A DNA stretch of 64,000 nt from Phoronis australis (lineage: Eukaryota; Animalia; Phoronida): positions 1,226,139-1,290,138 of the forward strand of contig NMRA01000036.1 of assembly GCA_002633005.1 (NCBI GenBank), in the 5' to 3' direction. The position numbers were made by a program, and so were the translations under genes. How positions within the stretch are numbered: the stretch's first letter is position 1; each line of letters opens with the position of its first letter. Positions 13,100-26,689 of the stretch are shown here, one piece after another. Below the pieces are notes generated by a model. It searched no databases, had not been told where the DNA came from, and saw only the letters and a program-made list of their open reading frames with translations.

Positions 13100-13275
13100 C
13101 TATGTTAAATTTTCAGCAGCAAGACCAATCGAAATATAATCAGGCTTATGCCCGTCCACTGGAATATATAAACATGCACACATAAATTTGACTATAACAT
13201 TTGAATTCTTTCCAAAAGGAAGCAAAGAGTCAAAATGATATCGAAGGATTTAGCAATCACAATTAAACAACATCT
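13100..13275 (+). repeat. Dispersed repeat, second copy at about 46327-46485
   Basis: Shared blocks cagcaagaccaa, gcttatgcccgtcca, ttctttcc.aaaggaagcaaa.agtcaaaatgat.tcgaaggattt..caatcacaat.aaacaaca. Confidence 0.75.
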
Positions 13276-13754
13276 ACTAAATGACTAAATGCATTTTCCA
13301 AGTCCGAGCCATATAGATGCCCCTAATATAGTTGACAAAGGTATTCACATACACCTAAAAGCAAGAAAGTCTTATGTTCCTTTTGCCTGAAACTGATGTC
13401 ACTTCTTTATGTTTCATAGGCCAACTCTCCTTATGAGAGTAAAGCAGATACAAATTGAAGTTCGCCTCTCGTAGATATTTCACGCTCAGCATAAAGCAAT
13501 TTTAATTGTTTATTTGAGTAACATTCGGCGCCATCTATCTCTGTGAACCATTGCTTTTGATTTTTTTTGGGTGGAAGCCTTTGTTTGGGCCGCTTTAGTA
13601 CAGTTACTGAACTTTTACATTTCCAAATGATGTGATGATAAAGCCATGTGTTATCGTAACTTCTTGCATTTTGGCGCAAGGAATGTTGATATATTATCCC
13701 ATATGTGTTGAATCAGTCGAGTGCAATACTGCCATGTAGTATTATTTTCCGTAT

Positions 13755-14212
13755 AGACCCAATTCACGGCGACAGGAGGCGCGTTCCAAAACGAGGCGCG
13801 CTACGACAGCGCACTTGCCTTATCGACACAGTTGTATCCGCGTTGCTCGAACGGCTAGAAAAAATACGGCACTCAATTGTCTGTTTTACAATCCCTAAGG
13901 ACGTTGCGATTCGGAATCGTTGGGTCGTTGCCATAAGCCTCGACGAAGGAAACTATGTCCGTGTAAAATTTATAAATATTTTCGAAAAGTTAGATCATAT
14001 TTTGTCGCATCTCGGTTGCCGAGCATCACAGCAACGACAGGAGAATCTTCCGCCAGCCAGGCTGTGTTTTCATGACTACGGGTTGAAACATGATGCACTT
14101 TTCTTTTCAAAAAGGACAGGGCACTCAATCCCTCGATTTTGGGGACAAAACACTTGTAACAACACAGGTGACAATTTGAAACATCACAAAATGTAACTTG
14201 AGACAGAGTCTA
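13755..14212 (+). mobile_element. THAP-fragment-bearing DNA transposon remnant
   Basis: FTIPKDVAIRNRWVVAI resembles the THAP core; bounded by atagacc...agtctat, weak AT-flanked termini. Confidence 0.4.
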
Positions 14213-15145
14213 TGAGAGTTTGCAACCGGGCGGGGGTGCTATTGTTTATGACAGGGAAGTAGATTTTTCCTCTTACTCGGCGAAAAAACTCCCCTCTCAG
14301 AAGGTGCAGGCACCTTTGCCCTCGGTTGAACAAGGTCCCTGAAGAAACATGTTAACTGAAATTGAACTCTAAAACGAGGTCTTGCTTTGAACGAAGGAAT
14401 TAGGTGTTTTCATTTTAAAATTCAACTTGGTCCAGATTGATATTAGAAACATAGGAGATGATATAGACGTAAGAATTATTAAAACCAAGAAAACAGAACT
14501 GATGGTCAAATAAATTTATTTTCAATTACGAGCCTGTTTTTTATTTTAATAAAAATATATTTAATAACATCTATTATTCTTTCAGATGAATGATAAATCA
14601 ACTGTTAGTCCTGGTAATCCCTACCACACCAAGACCTAGGCTTTATGTTTGATGCTAATATTTTTGATCAACAAATTAAACCGGAGGTGACTAATTTCAC
14701 ATGACAGCAAAATACGATAAGCAACCACTGTCGAATATTCGAATATATCTTCAACTCGTCAACAATACAAGCAGATGACCTGGTTCGTGTAGAAAGCATT
14801 TTTATCAACAATTTACCAAAAGAAACGTAACCCTGCATTCAGCGGCCTAATCCGTAACACTACGCTCGCCGTAATTTGGTCATATTTACTTTTCATGTTT
14901 CGAACATAGTTTTCAGAAAAAAAACTTATACCCTTTCGTCAGACAACTTTTGGGGCATTGATTTGTTCTCTAATGTATTTTTCTACGTCTGTGTGGTTGA
15001 TTATCGACACATTTTAAAGATTTAATATCCAGGTTGGACTCGAAAGACCGGCCATATGACTCACCCATTGTCAACTTCCGGTTTGTTTATCGCAGTGAGC
15101 CTCGCTTTGGATTTGAATGTCGGCCGCGTAAATTATGTCCATTCC

Positions 15146-16395
15146 GCAGAATGGTGAATGTTGACCAAGAGCCTTTTGTCCATCTGACGTCACACGCATG
15201 CTGGCGCCCCTAGTGGAGGTCCACGAACCGAGTTCATGGACCAGTTAGTGGAAAGCCAAGTGTCAATGGAGTCTGACAGGTGAACCGATTTGTATTGTAG
15301 GACGTTGAGTCATTGTTTTTTGTAGAATCATAATGCCAGAAAAGAATGATATATAATGTCAACTTTATGCACTAACTGTGAATGTCATATTAATGGTTAT
15401 CAATCACCAGTTAGGCAGATGTGAAACGTTTCCGGCTCTAGCGCGGGACCGATGTTTTAATCATGAAACAATGAGGGAAATTTTTGTGCAACTTTTGTTA
15501 ATAGTTCTGGCTGTGCCAGTCAACCACAGAATAATATTTGCTACATCACGTGCTTAAGTTTTTCGCACCTATTAATCAAAACAGTTCTTGCCAAGTTAAA
15601 TCACTTACAGCTAGGCAAGAATAACCTGATAAAATGTGTTGCAGCCGGTTTTCGAAAAATATTAACATCTCGGGATTCAAAATTTATTCAAAACTTTCTG
15701 TGAAATAATATTTTGACTGATGTTGATATTTTGTATTGAAATGGATAATAATCAGAATATTGCAGGCTCTAAAATTAAGGGCAGGTCAATTACGATACTA
15801 GTGCCTAGTTTGTTTACACAACTAATAACTTGACTCATGGTGATGACACCATTTCTATGCCAGGCCACAGACAGTGCTGTCCTTCAATGGAACTATTCAT
15901 GGATATGTAGAGGAATCTTTAGCAAATGTCAGTCTCGATTTTGAGCAAAAACATACCGTTGTGGTCGACGCTAATTTATGATTAACTTTCAAAATCGAAC
16001 ATAAAAATGAAATAACCGAATGTTCGGCCACATTCACTCACAGGCAGCAGACGGCTTATCACTCGAAAGAGAAGCTGGAACCTAAACACAACCGCTGCAT
16101 AAGTGGACATCAGAACCTCAGTTGAGCAAACTTATTAATAATGCAACCTCAGAATTCACCATGTAACAAATCACAAATACGTTTTAATTCTGAACTTTGA
16201 GGATGACGAAAGTCGCAATACAGAGCATTATTTGTTACAAATATATCTGTGACTAGTTTGATGCTACTTAATGTCCATTGAGGCTAAATCAGTGGTTAAC
16301 TCGGTTCGCGAATTCTCATGACCTCCACTGGGGGCGCTAGCATGCGTGTGACGTCAGATGGACAAAAGGGTCTTGATCGACATTCACCATTCTGC
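15146..16395. mobile_element. Non-autonomous MULE/MuDR-like element
   Basis: TIRs of about 120 bp (gcagaatggtgaatgt...gacgtcacacgcatgct); 9-bp TSD gtccattcc (15137-15145) / gttcattcc (16396-16404); no ORF. Confidence 0.75.
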
Positions 16396-17439
16396 GTTCA
16401 TTCCCCTCCCGAACTACTTCAATAGTGCCCTCTGACATGGAAAGTTCAAAAGGTTTTTCAAGGTCGACATTATTCTGCGTATCGACCTCGACCTTCGCTC
16501 GCAGTCGATCATCTACGTCACTCTCGGAACATACAATTATTTTACACTTACTAATATTATTCCCATTCACAAGATCACAGGCACCAAAGAGAGAAACATT
16601 CAAATACAATAAATCTCGTAAATTCATCTCGCTGATTTCTTCGTAAACTCTTATGGTAGACCAATAAACTACCGTGTTACGTCAACAGCTGTAGAATGTA
16701 GGTCACACAAAAGGTGCTTGCTCAAGATTCTCCATTCTTCTAGCGGGCACCAAGTAAACGAAAGTTGACGCATACCGTACTCGTGCCCGAGCTTGAGAAC
16801 AAACGAGATTTCAGTTCCAGCACAACTGGGAAATATTACCAAGCTAGAGAATGGGCTAGTCAACACGCAGCCCCCCGACTGGTACAATACGGCTCCCCAT
16901 CATTTTGTGTACTAATTGCATTCCGTGTATTTCAAACAGGCAGTAATCCAAATCCGGTCACCGCAAAAGTCGTTTTCACTTCGTTCAAATACATTTTACA
17001 CTTAACTGTCTCTTAAAAATGCGTTTAATTTCTTCAGCGATCCTTTCTGGATCTACACATATCTTCGAGTGAAGCATATTTACGGTGGCTCAAAGATGTT
17101 CGCGCGTTTCTGTTTTAATTATCTCAGGATCTCGAGATCCCGACTTAACCACAGGAAACTAGCTCTAAAGCTCGTCGCATAAAAATTGGCGTATATATTG
17201 TTCACTTTGCTTTTTCTGTTTTGTAATAAAGATAATGATAAGCATTTATCGGTAACCAGCTGATGTACGCCAAGGTACGATATCCGCGTGACCTGTATTG
17301 TTATACCCAACAAAGACGCAAAAAAGGAAAACAATGGTATCGTCCCATAGGCGATAACAATGCGACGCGCTTACGCCCATCGCATGGATCTCGCAAGTTA
17401 AACAATAGCTTGCGACCTCCAAACGATGTCATTTGGCAT

Positions 17440-20088
17440 CAGGGCCGTAGGAAGCGGGGGGGGGGGAATCGTGCACCCCAAAAAACTTTTTCAGGCGTCA
17501 GGGTTAAACCGTGGAAACCGACATAGGCGTGTGGCCGAGGACAGTCGAGAAATGAAAGACTAAAAAACAACAGATAAGAGGGAAAATTCAACAGAACGTT
17601 TAACAACTCTGTATCAGTTCATGGTTTACTTTTTGAGGACCCTGGCCAGGACATTGTGGTTAGGGGCTCCGCTTTTGCAGCACTGGTCGTCTAAACGCAC
17701 TTGAAAACGTGCACATAAACATTCATACATATATTTCGAAAAATCGAGAACATTTGTAAAGCGAAGCTTTTTCGGAGCGTACTAACTCAATTTTGCGAAA
17801 GCAAAACTATATTTTCCCAGACGCCCCTCTCTGGCAAGGGATAACGGAGACAACTTTCGCTTTATTTTTTTTCTCGAAATTGTATATCATTTGAGAAAAA
17901 AATGATGACCTGATAGATAACATCAATTGCTGCGCATTTCCTAATTTTTTGAAACTATAGATATTTTCATATTTAGGGGCCCCGCTCTTGAAGAAGGCCA
18001 TTGATGACACTCAAGTGGCTATCTTTTTGTATTTCTATTGAGAAATCCTTAAGGGGCCGCTCACGGAAAGAGGGCACAATGTTGGAATCGATTACCTCTA
18101 TTTTCCTGTTTTTGTGAAATCGTGCAACCGGCTTTCATGTTGAAGAAGGTCACTTCCTGTCACTCTTTTCCATGCTTAATGATGTTTAGCCTTTCATCTC
18201 AAGGTGTCCCATTTCAGACGGGACCCTCTCTCGGTGAAGCAGTTCGGGGGAAATACCCCTTTGTCCCTCTATACATGTAAATCCGACACTGCCAAGTGTT
18301 CACGAGGGAAGTTGAGATTTCAAGTTCATCAAAAAACACAAAACATTCGTGCACAGCACAGCAGTATCAACTGAAGACATTCGACCCAAACAACCAAAAA
18401 TGTGAAAAAACACGATACAATTGACCGCCATCGAAAGGGTGGAATTTTGAAGAACGTGAAGCCCACTATGTGTGAATTACACAAAAGGGCTATTTACAAT
18501 GGTAAGTTATAAAATGAAGTTATGTTTCCCATAGTATCATAAGAATAGTATCTCTTTTGAAGATGGTTACTATGAGTTGTTTGTAAGGAATTCCCACATG
18601 GGGAAAACACCGCTGTCTAATCTACTATTTGTATGACCGTGTACATATGTCGAGAGGGGTTACTCAAAGAACTCTCGCTATTATAAACAAATATTTCAGC
18701 GGTTTTTTTGCAAGTGGAGTTCAAGTTTACCTCACGAACCGTTGTAGGTACCTCTGAAATGAGCAAAAATACACCCTAATACGAATGCCCCAGCTCCCAT
18801 GTTCCCCCCAGTTACCCGTGTTAAAAATCTGCGAGTATGCCTGCGGAAATTGCTTATAACATTCCGTTTTCATAAACAAATTCGTTGATTTCTGATTTAG
18901 TTGTTTATGTATCTACGAAAATCGATAGATTCATAGATGATCTTTGACAATTAGAAGCTAAGTAATGTTGTTTCAGTGAATTCAGTTGCAGCCTGAAGTT
19001 GGAAAAACTCTATAATCCGATCTCCGAATAGTAAAGTACACGGAGACGATAACTCTCAAAGATATCGATGAACTTCGGAATCACAAACCGTAGATCGAAA
19101 AAAGTCTTAAAATAAATAAAATTAAGCACACTGCTTGGAAAGGTTGTCTTTGCACTTCCTTGGTGTTTTTAATTTTCAGTAGTATTGCGCAATGAATTTT
19201 TGCTTACCCTGATTCCCGTGTACGTCATGACTGCCGCATCCACGTTACAAGTAAGATGTAGCCATGCAGTAGGCCAGCGCAGAAGCTCAGTGATCCACGG
19301 AAACCGAACTCCAGGCGTTGAAGTGAGTATTTTGGGACACACTCTGTATCATCTTCCCCGCAAATCTGAAAGTGGACTGCCGGTCGTGTTTCAATGAGGG
19401 ATTTTGAAACAGTCCCAAAGGCACTATGTACCAGGGTCCTCGGGACCTCACCTTTTCAAAAAACTTCTTCAACGAATGACCATAATAAGATAAAATTTTC
19501 TCGACACTGGATCACAATAAAGTAAATCTTGACCTTACAGCCAGCGCAGACTGATATGTACGAGATAAGCTGCCTGTCTGAAGCTGACCAGCAACTAGCT
19601 TTGGTTCATCGGGATTTTCGTATTATAACACTATTAGATTTCAGCTACCAGGGTTGGATCCTGGATTTTGAGTACGAGGGGAGGGGGCAGGGCAGAGTAT
19701 AACCCAAGATTCCGCTAGTCAGACATTTGCAACCCCGTACTGCCAAATGGAATCTGGGAGAATTTTTGGGGGCCATGGTCGCCTTGACTTCCCTTAGATC
19801 CGCCACTGGCTACAGTTACTTGAGACAGCTCCTCGCTACCTTTAGTGTACTGGACCTGGGCCTATTCTTACTCTCCGTGTTAGTTCACGGTTACTCAACT
19901 CTTGATGGCTGCATCCCCGAGATTGTCCCCCACCTAGGGCGGACGTAGGACATCCGGCACAAATATGGTGGCATCGAGATCATGGGGGTGGGAGCGGAGG
20001 TGACGGCGATGGGGAGAGGGGGGGGGGTAGTTTGGCGAACTCTCAATGGTTTGTGCCCTCCAATAAATTTTGGCTTCCTACGGGCCTG
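17440..20088. mobile_element. Non-autonomous hAT-like element with 5-bp TSD
   Basis: TIR cagggccgtaggaagc / gcttcctacgggcctg; TSD GGCAT at 17435-17439 and 20089-20093. Confidence 0.8.
19649..19808. mobile_element. 160-bp hAT-like MITE with 5-bp TSD, nested in the 17440-20088 element
   Basis: cagggttggatcc...agatccgccactg; TSD GCTAC at 19644-19648 and 19809-19813. Confidence 0.7.
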
Positions 20089-20096
20089 GGCATGGG

Positions 20097-20210
20097 TAAT
20101 TATTATCTCAGGACTTCGAAATCCTGACTTATCTCGGAATCTCGAGAACCCGTCTTAATTATCTCGGCCTCTCGAGATCCTGACTTAATTATCTCAGGAT
20201 CTCGAGTTAA
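20097..20210. repeat. About 29-bp tandem repeat (taattatctcaggatctcgagatcc.gact); one more unit at about 17116-17148
   Basis: Four degenerate units visible; probably subterminal repeats of an older element (about 17081-20236) split by the hAT-like insertion. Confidence 0.7.
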
Positions 20211-22169
20211 ATTTCTTCAGTGTGTCGCTGTACGTAAAGTGAACTTGATAACGATGTCTAAAGGAAGTGCCGGTATAAACAGCGTTGTACAAGACACAAA
20301 GTTATGAAATATACATCGTCTCTTCTTTAACTAGTTATCAACAGTCACGTACATGTACGAAGCAATTTTTAAACTGTTCCCGTCAAATTTTGAGGGGCCC
20401 TCGAGGGTTTCTGAGTTATCATCCTTGTCTAACTGAGGCCGAACGGCCCAACCTCTGGAACTTTTGTTATTTGTTGTACCGTTTTCTGTTTTTTTCCTTC
20501 ACCGACGGGTCACCTTAACAGCCACCAATCCTGTCCATCCCCTCTCGACGCCCCTGACCATGCATTCAATTCAGTTTGCAACAAGTTTTTACCAAACCAC
20601 TTCGAGTATTCGTTGTGGAAAACACAATTTATTAGCTGAGACAGTTGAGCATTTGAAAACAGACCATTTTAATAGAATATGCATTTTCTACTGCTGACGA
20701 ATTGCACTTTACACTGACATTCCAAAACCACTGATACAAAAATCGACGACTAAATAATTGTATACAGGTAATACAGGCAAAAAGCTTGAACAAACACCAA
20801 ACACAGGTGGCGCTCTAATCTAGTGCAGGGGCATCAATCAATAAAAGCAGTATGTAGTACTCAAGGGGAATCAACAATGGATAGCACTTCAAAACCACTT
20901 GCCCGGATTTCAAAACCAGTCAGCTGGAATGCAAAACCAAATGGCCGATAAATCAAATGTGTTATCCGCACTTCAAAACGCGATGGCCTCGCTCAAAAAA
21001 CTAGTTGGGTGGATCCAAAATACGATGGTCGGTACTATAACCAGTTGGCTGGTGATCAAACGCGACGGCCGGACTTCTTCAGAGACTCGTTTTGAAAGTA
21101 GAACCCGATATGCTAAAATTCGAAACGCATTTGGCAAAACATCAAATTGTACGAAATAAATGACAATTATTGCAAATGACATATATAATAATTGTCAAAT
21201 GTTAGTTTTGAATATATTAAGTGTCAATTAGGATGTGTGATGACAAATCAATAATTCTAAATACTAGTTACGCTATTAATACAAATATGTTGGGCATTTT
21301 GTGTTACAATGGCTATTTTTACCAGTAATCAATGAAGCTACGAGAAATGCACTCGCCCTTGATCTGTTTTTTGTTATATTTTCAAAAAGTTTATCCTCCA
21401 GTTGGAGACAAAGAAAGATGTGAAGTAACATCATTTCTAAAATGTAAGCTAAAGAAATAAAAAAAGTTAGTTGTGGTTGACGTTTTTACCACACTATCAA
21501 AACCTATCGTAGAACTATACAAAACATGACCATTACGTGTAAAACAAAATAAAATAACTTCTTTGATCCGTTGATGGTCGCTAGTCTTTATGGCTGAAAT
21601 AACTATAATTCAGGCGAATTAGGTCAAGTTATCGGTTATCATGAACCAAGCCCAGTAACCGCACGAAAAGGTTCAAGGTGCTCAGTGCGCAACAAGTAAA
21701 ATAGTTCTTGATATTCTTCATCGCAATGAGGTAAGAAGGTTATTTAGGACATCGAGTTCATCCTTGACGACGCCACGTTAACACTCCTCACTGCCAAACA
21801 TTTCGGGCCCGTGATGGGTGAAATCAGATTTACCATGTAGTGTATTCTGGTTACGAGATTTTCTAATAGTATCGTATTCTACAGTTGTCGTTCAGTGTCT
21901 AGTTCTCGTGCAGTAGGCGCATATACACCTTATAACAGTACCTGATACGTAGATAGGTTTGATTGGACGTATCTATGATGCCGTGGTACTGCCTGTATCT
22001 CAAAATAATTTTATTATTTCATCTTAAGAGATTTAATAGCCTTTAGTATACCTGTTGCTAAGAAACAAGACATAAATTATTATTTTCTGTTGTCGGGGTT
22101 GTACGTGGAATACCGTCTCCACCTTTGTGCGATACTGAGGATTTATGAGGAGTCCACGGAGAGCCGCCT

Positions 22170-22480
22170 TTTCAGACATAAAAGGTGCGTTTGTGGAGGC
22201 TATAGTAAAAACAACTCGACCGAAGACGTCTCTGTGTTCAAATTTCCTAAATCCGTGAATGTTGCACAGAAATTGCATTGGTTTGTGCGTCGTACGTACT
22301 AAGTGTGGAATATCGGTGTGGAACATGCAATTCGTTCAGGAGCCACACTTCAAAGAATTGTGTTTCAACAGAACACAAAACAGAGCCCTGACATCTGTTT
22401 ACTAGCATTCCTGCTCAAAATGCTATGTCGACAGCTGAGAATTTCCTCTCCAAAGACCCGGACCTCGATTCGGAATGTCC
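22170..22480 (+). pseudogene. THAP domain fragment
   Basis: KRCVCGGYS...VFKFPK...WFVRRT, then frameshifted HF and LLK motifs. Confidence 0.6.
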
Positions 22481-22489
22481 CCTATCCGC

Positions 22490-23392
22490 AGTTGCTCAAG
22501 TCTGTCGTTATGTCTGAACACTCAACCAGTCGCATTATATTCAACAGCATGGATGTGCTATGGGCTCGCCCGTGTCTCATAGTCGCTAACCTATATATGG
22601 AGGTCTTCGAGCAGCCCATTCTTAGCCAGTACCCTGGCCACCATCCTAGATTGTGGTTAAGATATGTGGACGACACGTTTGTTGTTATACACAAAGATGA
22701 ACTCTCCGCTTTCTTCAAATTCATTTATGGATTTGACAAATTCACTCAAGAACCATGTTAAGACGATAAGCTACTTTCTATGGACTGTTTAGTCTCCATC
22801 AAATAGGAAAGATCATTTGACACCAAAGTTTACCGCAAGAGTACTCACACTGATCACAATCTGCCATTTGACTCGAACCATCCTCTCATCCACAAGCTGG
22901 GTGTGATTCGCACTTAAAACCACAGAGCTATCACCGTCATTTGTCCTTCGGCCATTTCTGCAGAACTGAATTTCACCATGGAGGCTCTTGGAAAATGTGG
23001 TTAATGTGGTCGTTCACCAAAGCTGAAAGATCAGAGAGGAGAAAAGTCAACACTCAGACAACCACCACCCTGAATCCCCCTGCTCGTGTATCGATCCCGT
23101 GCGTTCGGGGATTTTCTGATTGCCTCAAGAGGACATTTTAGCAGTTTGACTTTTCTGTTATTCACAAACCGTTTAGTTCTCTCCGCAGCTAACTGGTTAA
23201 TGTCAAGGACAAGACCCCCCAAGGGTAACAAATCTTGTATCGCCTATGGTTTTCAGTGTAAGGACCCCCAGTGCTCAGACAGCTATATAGATGAAACGAA
23301 ACAGTCCGTAAAAATGCGTATGTCTCAACATCGTCACCCTGGTTACGGGAACATTCATGACTCGGCCATCTATAGTCATCTATGCCCTACTG
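22490..23392 (+). mobile_element. Penelope-like retroelement, 5' part (RT and N-half of GIY-YIG)
   Basis: QQHGCAMGSP, ANLYME, WLRYVDDTF, VYRKSTHT, SNHP..HK; endonuclease YGFQCKD..C..SYIDETKQ...SAIYSHL. Confidence 0.9.
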
Positions 23393-23457
23393 CAGGCCCG
23401 TAGCCACCATTGCGCAGGGGGTGGTTCGAATTTCTTGAACGGTGGACCTTTGATAAT

Positions 23458-25543
23458 GGGGCTATTCGGAAAATCTACCATAACTAGAGGGCGTGCGTGT
23501 ACTAGTGGTGATAGATTAGCAGCCTCGATTTCGCGAGCCCTTTAAATACATGGTGAAATGGCTTGCAGCCGTGCCAACTAAATCTGAGATTGCGTAAAAA
23601 GGGTGTTTCTATGAGAGGAAGTAAGCACGACCTCATACAAAGGTAAGGTTTGTGATTATTTTAACGATTATTCCATGATTATTCTACCAATGCCTGTTAA
23701 CTGAGGCGCTCGCCGATGTCGACTTCGCGGCAGTCAGTCGCCAGCCAGAGTCTGGTTAATCTTTGTATGTTGTGATATGTGATACGATACTTGACGTAGC
23801 AATCGGGGTTTTTTCGTACATCAAAGCATTATTATTGTTTGGAATGATTTCTAAAAGTTTATCAGTGACAGTTACATCAATCAATGCTGAGTATTTATGC
23901 TGTCAANNNNNNNNNNNNNNNNNNNNNNNNNNNNNNNNNNNNNNNNNNNNNNNNNNNNNNNNNNNNNNNNNNNNNNNNNNNNNNNNNNNNNNNNNNNNNN
24001 NNNNNNNNNNNNNNNNNNNNNNNNNNNNNNNNNNNNNNNNNNNNNNNNNNNNNNNNNNNNNNNNNNNNNNNNNNNNNNNNNNNNNNNNNNNNNNNNNNNN
24101 NNNNNNNNNNNNNNNNNNNNNNNNNNNNNNNNNNNNNNNNNNNNNNNNNNNNNNNNNNNNNNNNNNNNNNNNNNNNNNNNNNNNNNNNNNNNNNNNNNNN
24201 NNNNNNNNNNNNNNNNNNNNNNNNNNNNNNNNNNNNNNNNNNNNNNNNNNNNNNNNNNNNNNNNNNNNNNNNNNNNNNNNNNNNNNNNNNNNNNNNNNNN
24301 NNNNNNNNNNNNNNNNNNNNNNNNNNNNNNNNNNNNNNNNNNNNNNNNNNNNNNNNNNNNNNNNNNNNNNNNNNNNNNNNNNNNNNNNNNNNNNNNNNNN
24401 NNNNNNNNNNNNNNNNNNNNNNNNNNNNNNNNNNNNNNNNNNNNNNNNNNNNNNNNNNNNNNNNNNNNNNNNNNNNNNNNNNNNNNNNNNNNNNNNNNNN
24501 NNNNNNNNNNNNNNNNNNNNNNNNNNNNNNNNNNNNNNNNNNNNNNNNNNNNNNNNNNNNNNNNNNNNNNNNNNNNNNNNNNNNNNNNNNNNNNNNNNNN
24601 NNNNNNNNNNNNNNNNNNNNNNNNNNNNNNNNNNNNNNNNNNNNNNNNNNNNNNNNNNNNNNNNNNNNNNNNNNNNNNNNNNNNNNNNNNNNNNNNNNNN
24701 NNNNNNNNNNNNNNNNNNNNNNNNNNNNNNNNNNNNNNNNNNNNNNNNNNNNNNNNNNNNNNNNNNNNNNNNNNNNNNNNNNNNNNNNNNNNNNNNNNNN
24801 NNNNNNNNNNNNNNNNNNNNNNNNNNNNNNNNNNNNNNNNNNNNNNNNNNNNNNNNNNNNNNNNNNNNNNNNNNNNNNNNNAACTGAGCTGGTGGTCCTG
24901 GGGGTGGGGTCCATGATAAAATAAGGAAACTCACTCATCTAGAGAATTTTATTGGAAACAGCATAGCTTTGAAGGGAAACTGCTGTGAAAAAGTCACTAT
25001 TGACTTCTGTGCATCACGTACCACACACCTCTTATTTTGGGAGCACTCCCACCCAGGACAATATGAATATGTGCTGCTAGCCTACCCGGCATCGGGTGAG
25101 TTTCCAAAAAGAAACACTTAGTTCCACTCAACAAACCTGTTATTCAGTGGGGTAACTGGTGGGTACAACATCACCGAACAATGTTGATAGAAACTGATTG
25201 CTAAAACTTACCAAGTAATGTTGTGTAGTCTCCGAATGCCGGGAACTGCATAGTCATAGAACACACACGGGGCTTCAGCATCCACACACTTTTTGTCAGT
25301 TAATTGACCCTGTTGACCGCAATTGTCCACAAATATAGTAACCTTAGGTCTTTTGGGAATTTGTGGCCACCTGTCGAAGACTTGCACCACGGAAATTAGC
25401 AGTAATAAGGCTTAGCGCGACGACGTATTTTGATAAAAATTCCATCTTTTACCAGTTGTTTACATGCAGATAGCCACGCATGCGCAATTCAATCACCACT
25501 AGTACAGCAGCGACACCCCGAGGAGAATTCTCCGAATAGCCCC
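23458..25543. mobile_element. ISL2EU-like (PIF/Harbinger-related) DNA transposon, copy 1, spans the assembly gap
   Basis: at|GGGGCTATTCGGA...TCCGAATAGCCCC|at; SAP-like exon LRKKGVSMRGSKHDLIQR|gtaag on + (about 23590-23642); convergent THAP remnant on - (WCKS..GHKFPKD...W..AVNR...VCS, about 25230-25420). Confidence 0.8.
23907..24881. other. Assembly gap (975 N)
   Basis: Run of N. Confidence 1.
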
Positions 25544-26395
25544 ATTTGCAAACGTCGACACTGTGGAGTTTTCAATAAGGCCCTCAGTTGACGCAGCTCA
25601 ATCAGGGGGAAGGGAAGTTTGAATACATAACGATGACTCTCAGCTCTATGTTTTTTAATTGAGACGAAATTAGTAATAACGGAGATGAGGATGCCGTGGC
25701 GGTTGCTCGCAAATAACGGAACTCGATTCGGATGTATTGTGGTCCAAAACTTTTTCGCGTTCCTTCATGCGTGACGCATGCTTAAATGAGTGATATACCT
25801 AGTCGGACAGAAATATTTAGTCGGAGAATAACTTGACGAAATTTTTTATCTAGTTATATTTTTGCAAGTTAGTTAAGTTGCTTACGTGACTCTATAATTG
25901 GGAACAGCCCGCTATTCCACATCGGTTCGCCATTCCGAATGTCCACTACTTCGAGGGTTCACTACTACGAAAAGATCTAAACAGTCAACTCCTGTGTAAT
26001 TTTACACTTGTGCATGCAAAAATGAATGATACTTTGATTATTAGATACACTGAATGGTGTACCTATACCGATAACAATGCCCGGGTACTAAAATACTTTG
26101 GATTTCATGCGCATGCAAAATTGCCCGCATGTCTCACGAACACGGAAAAATGAGAACGTTATTGCATTTTAAAAATTACGGAGTGGGAATATTGATGAAT
26201 TATTAACCACGATACCATTCATCAAATCCATGTGGAGGTCGCATCATTTCACAGCCCGACTGAAAAGTATAGGGCCGCTGCGCCTGAACCTCACCCACCG
26301 GAATCACGCACACAGCCGGGTTGAAATTAAATGTAGTTAGCAGGCCACCCTTCCCCTGGCAGTCTTCACGAGGACAGAGAGCCCTTCAGTCTTCT

Positions 26396-26689
26396 CAGTG
26401 GCGGATCTAGGATATCATAAGGGGTGGAGCAACATGTTGCAACACGCGTACAGGCCTCCTGAAAGTTACGTGAGCTGGGAGTATGAGCGATGTGTTCGGA
26501 AACTCTATCGACTATAAAAAAAAACAAAAAACGTGCACGCGGCGCGATCTGGGGTCTGAGCCCCTCCCTTCTCCACTACCGGTCCAAGTTATATTTCCTC
26601 ACGCTTCGCGCTGTTGCTGTTTCATTTTTCATGCGGCAGCCAAGGGAGGGGGGGGGGCAGGCCCCCTGGCCCCCCTAAATCCGCCTATG
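26396..26689. mobile_element. hAT-like MITE with 5-bp TSD; partial second copy at about 45640-45778
   Basis: cagtggcggatctagg...cctaaatccgcctatg; TSD CTTCT at 26391-26395 and 26690-26694. Confidence 0.75.

Noticed and set aside
20097-20210. Regular short repeats resembling a CRISPR array
   Set aside because: No unique spacers, eukaryotic context and no cas genes.
23763-24938. Long ORFs across the gap
   Set aside because: Artefacts of translating N.
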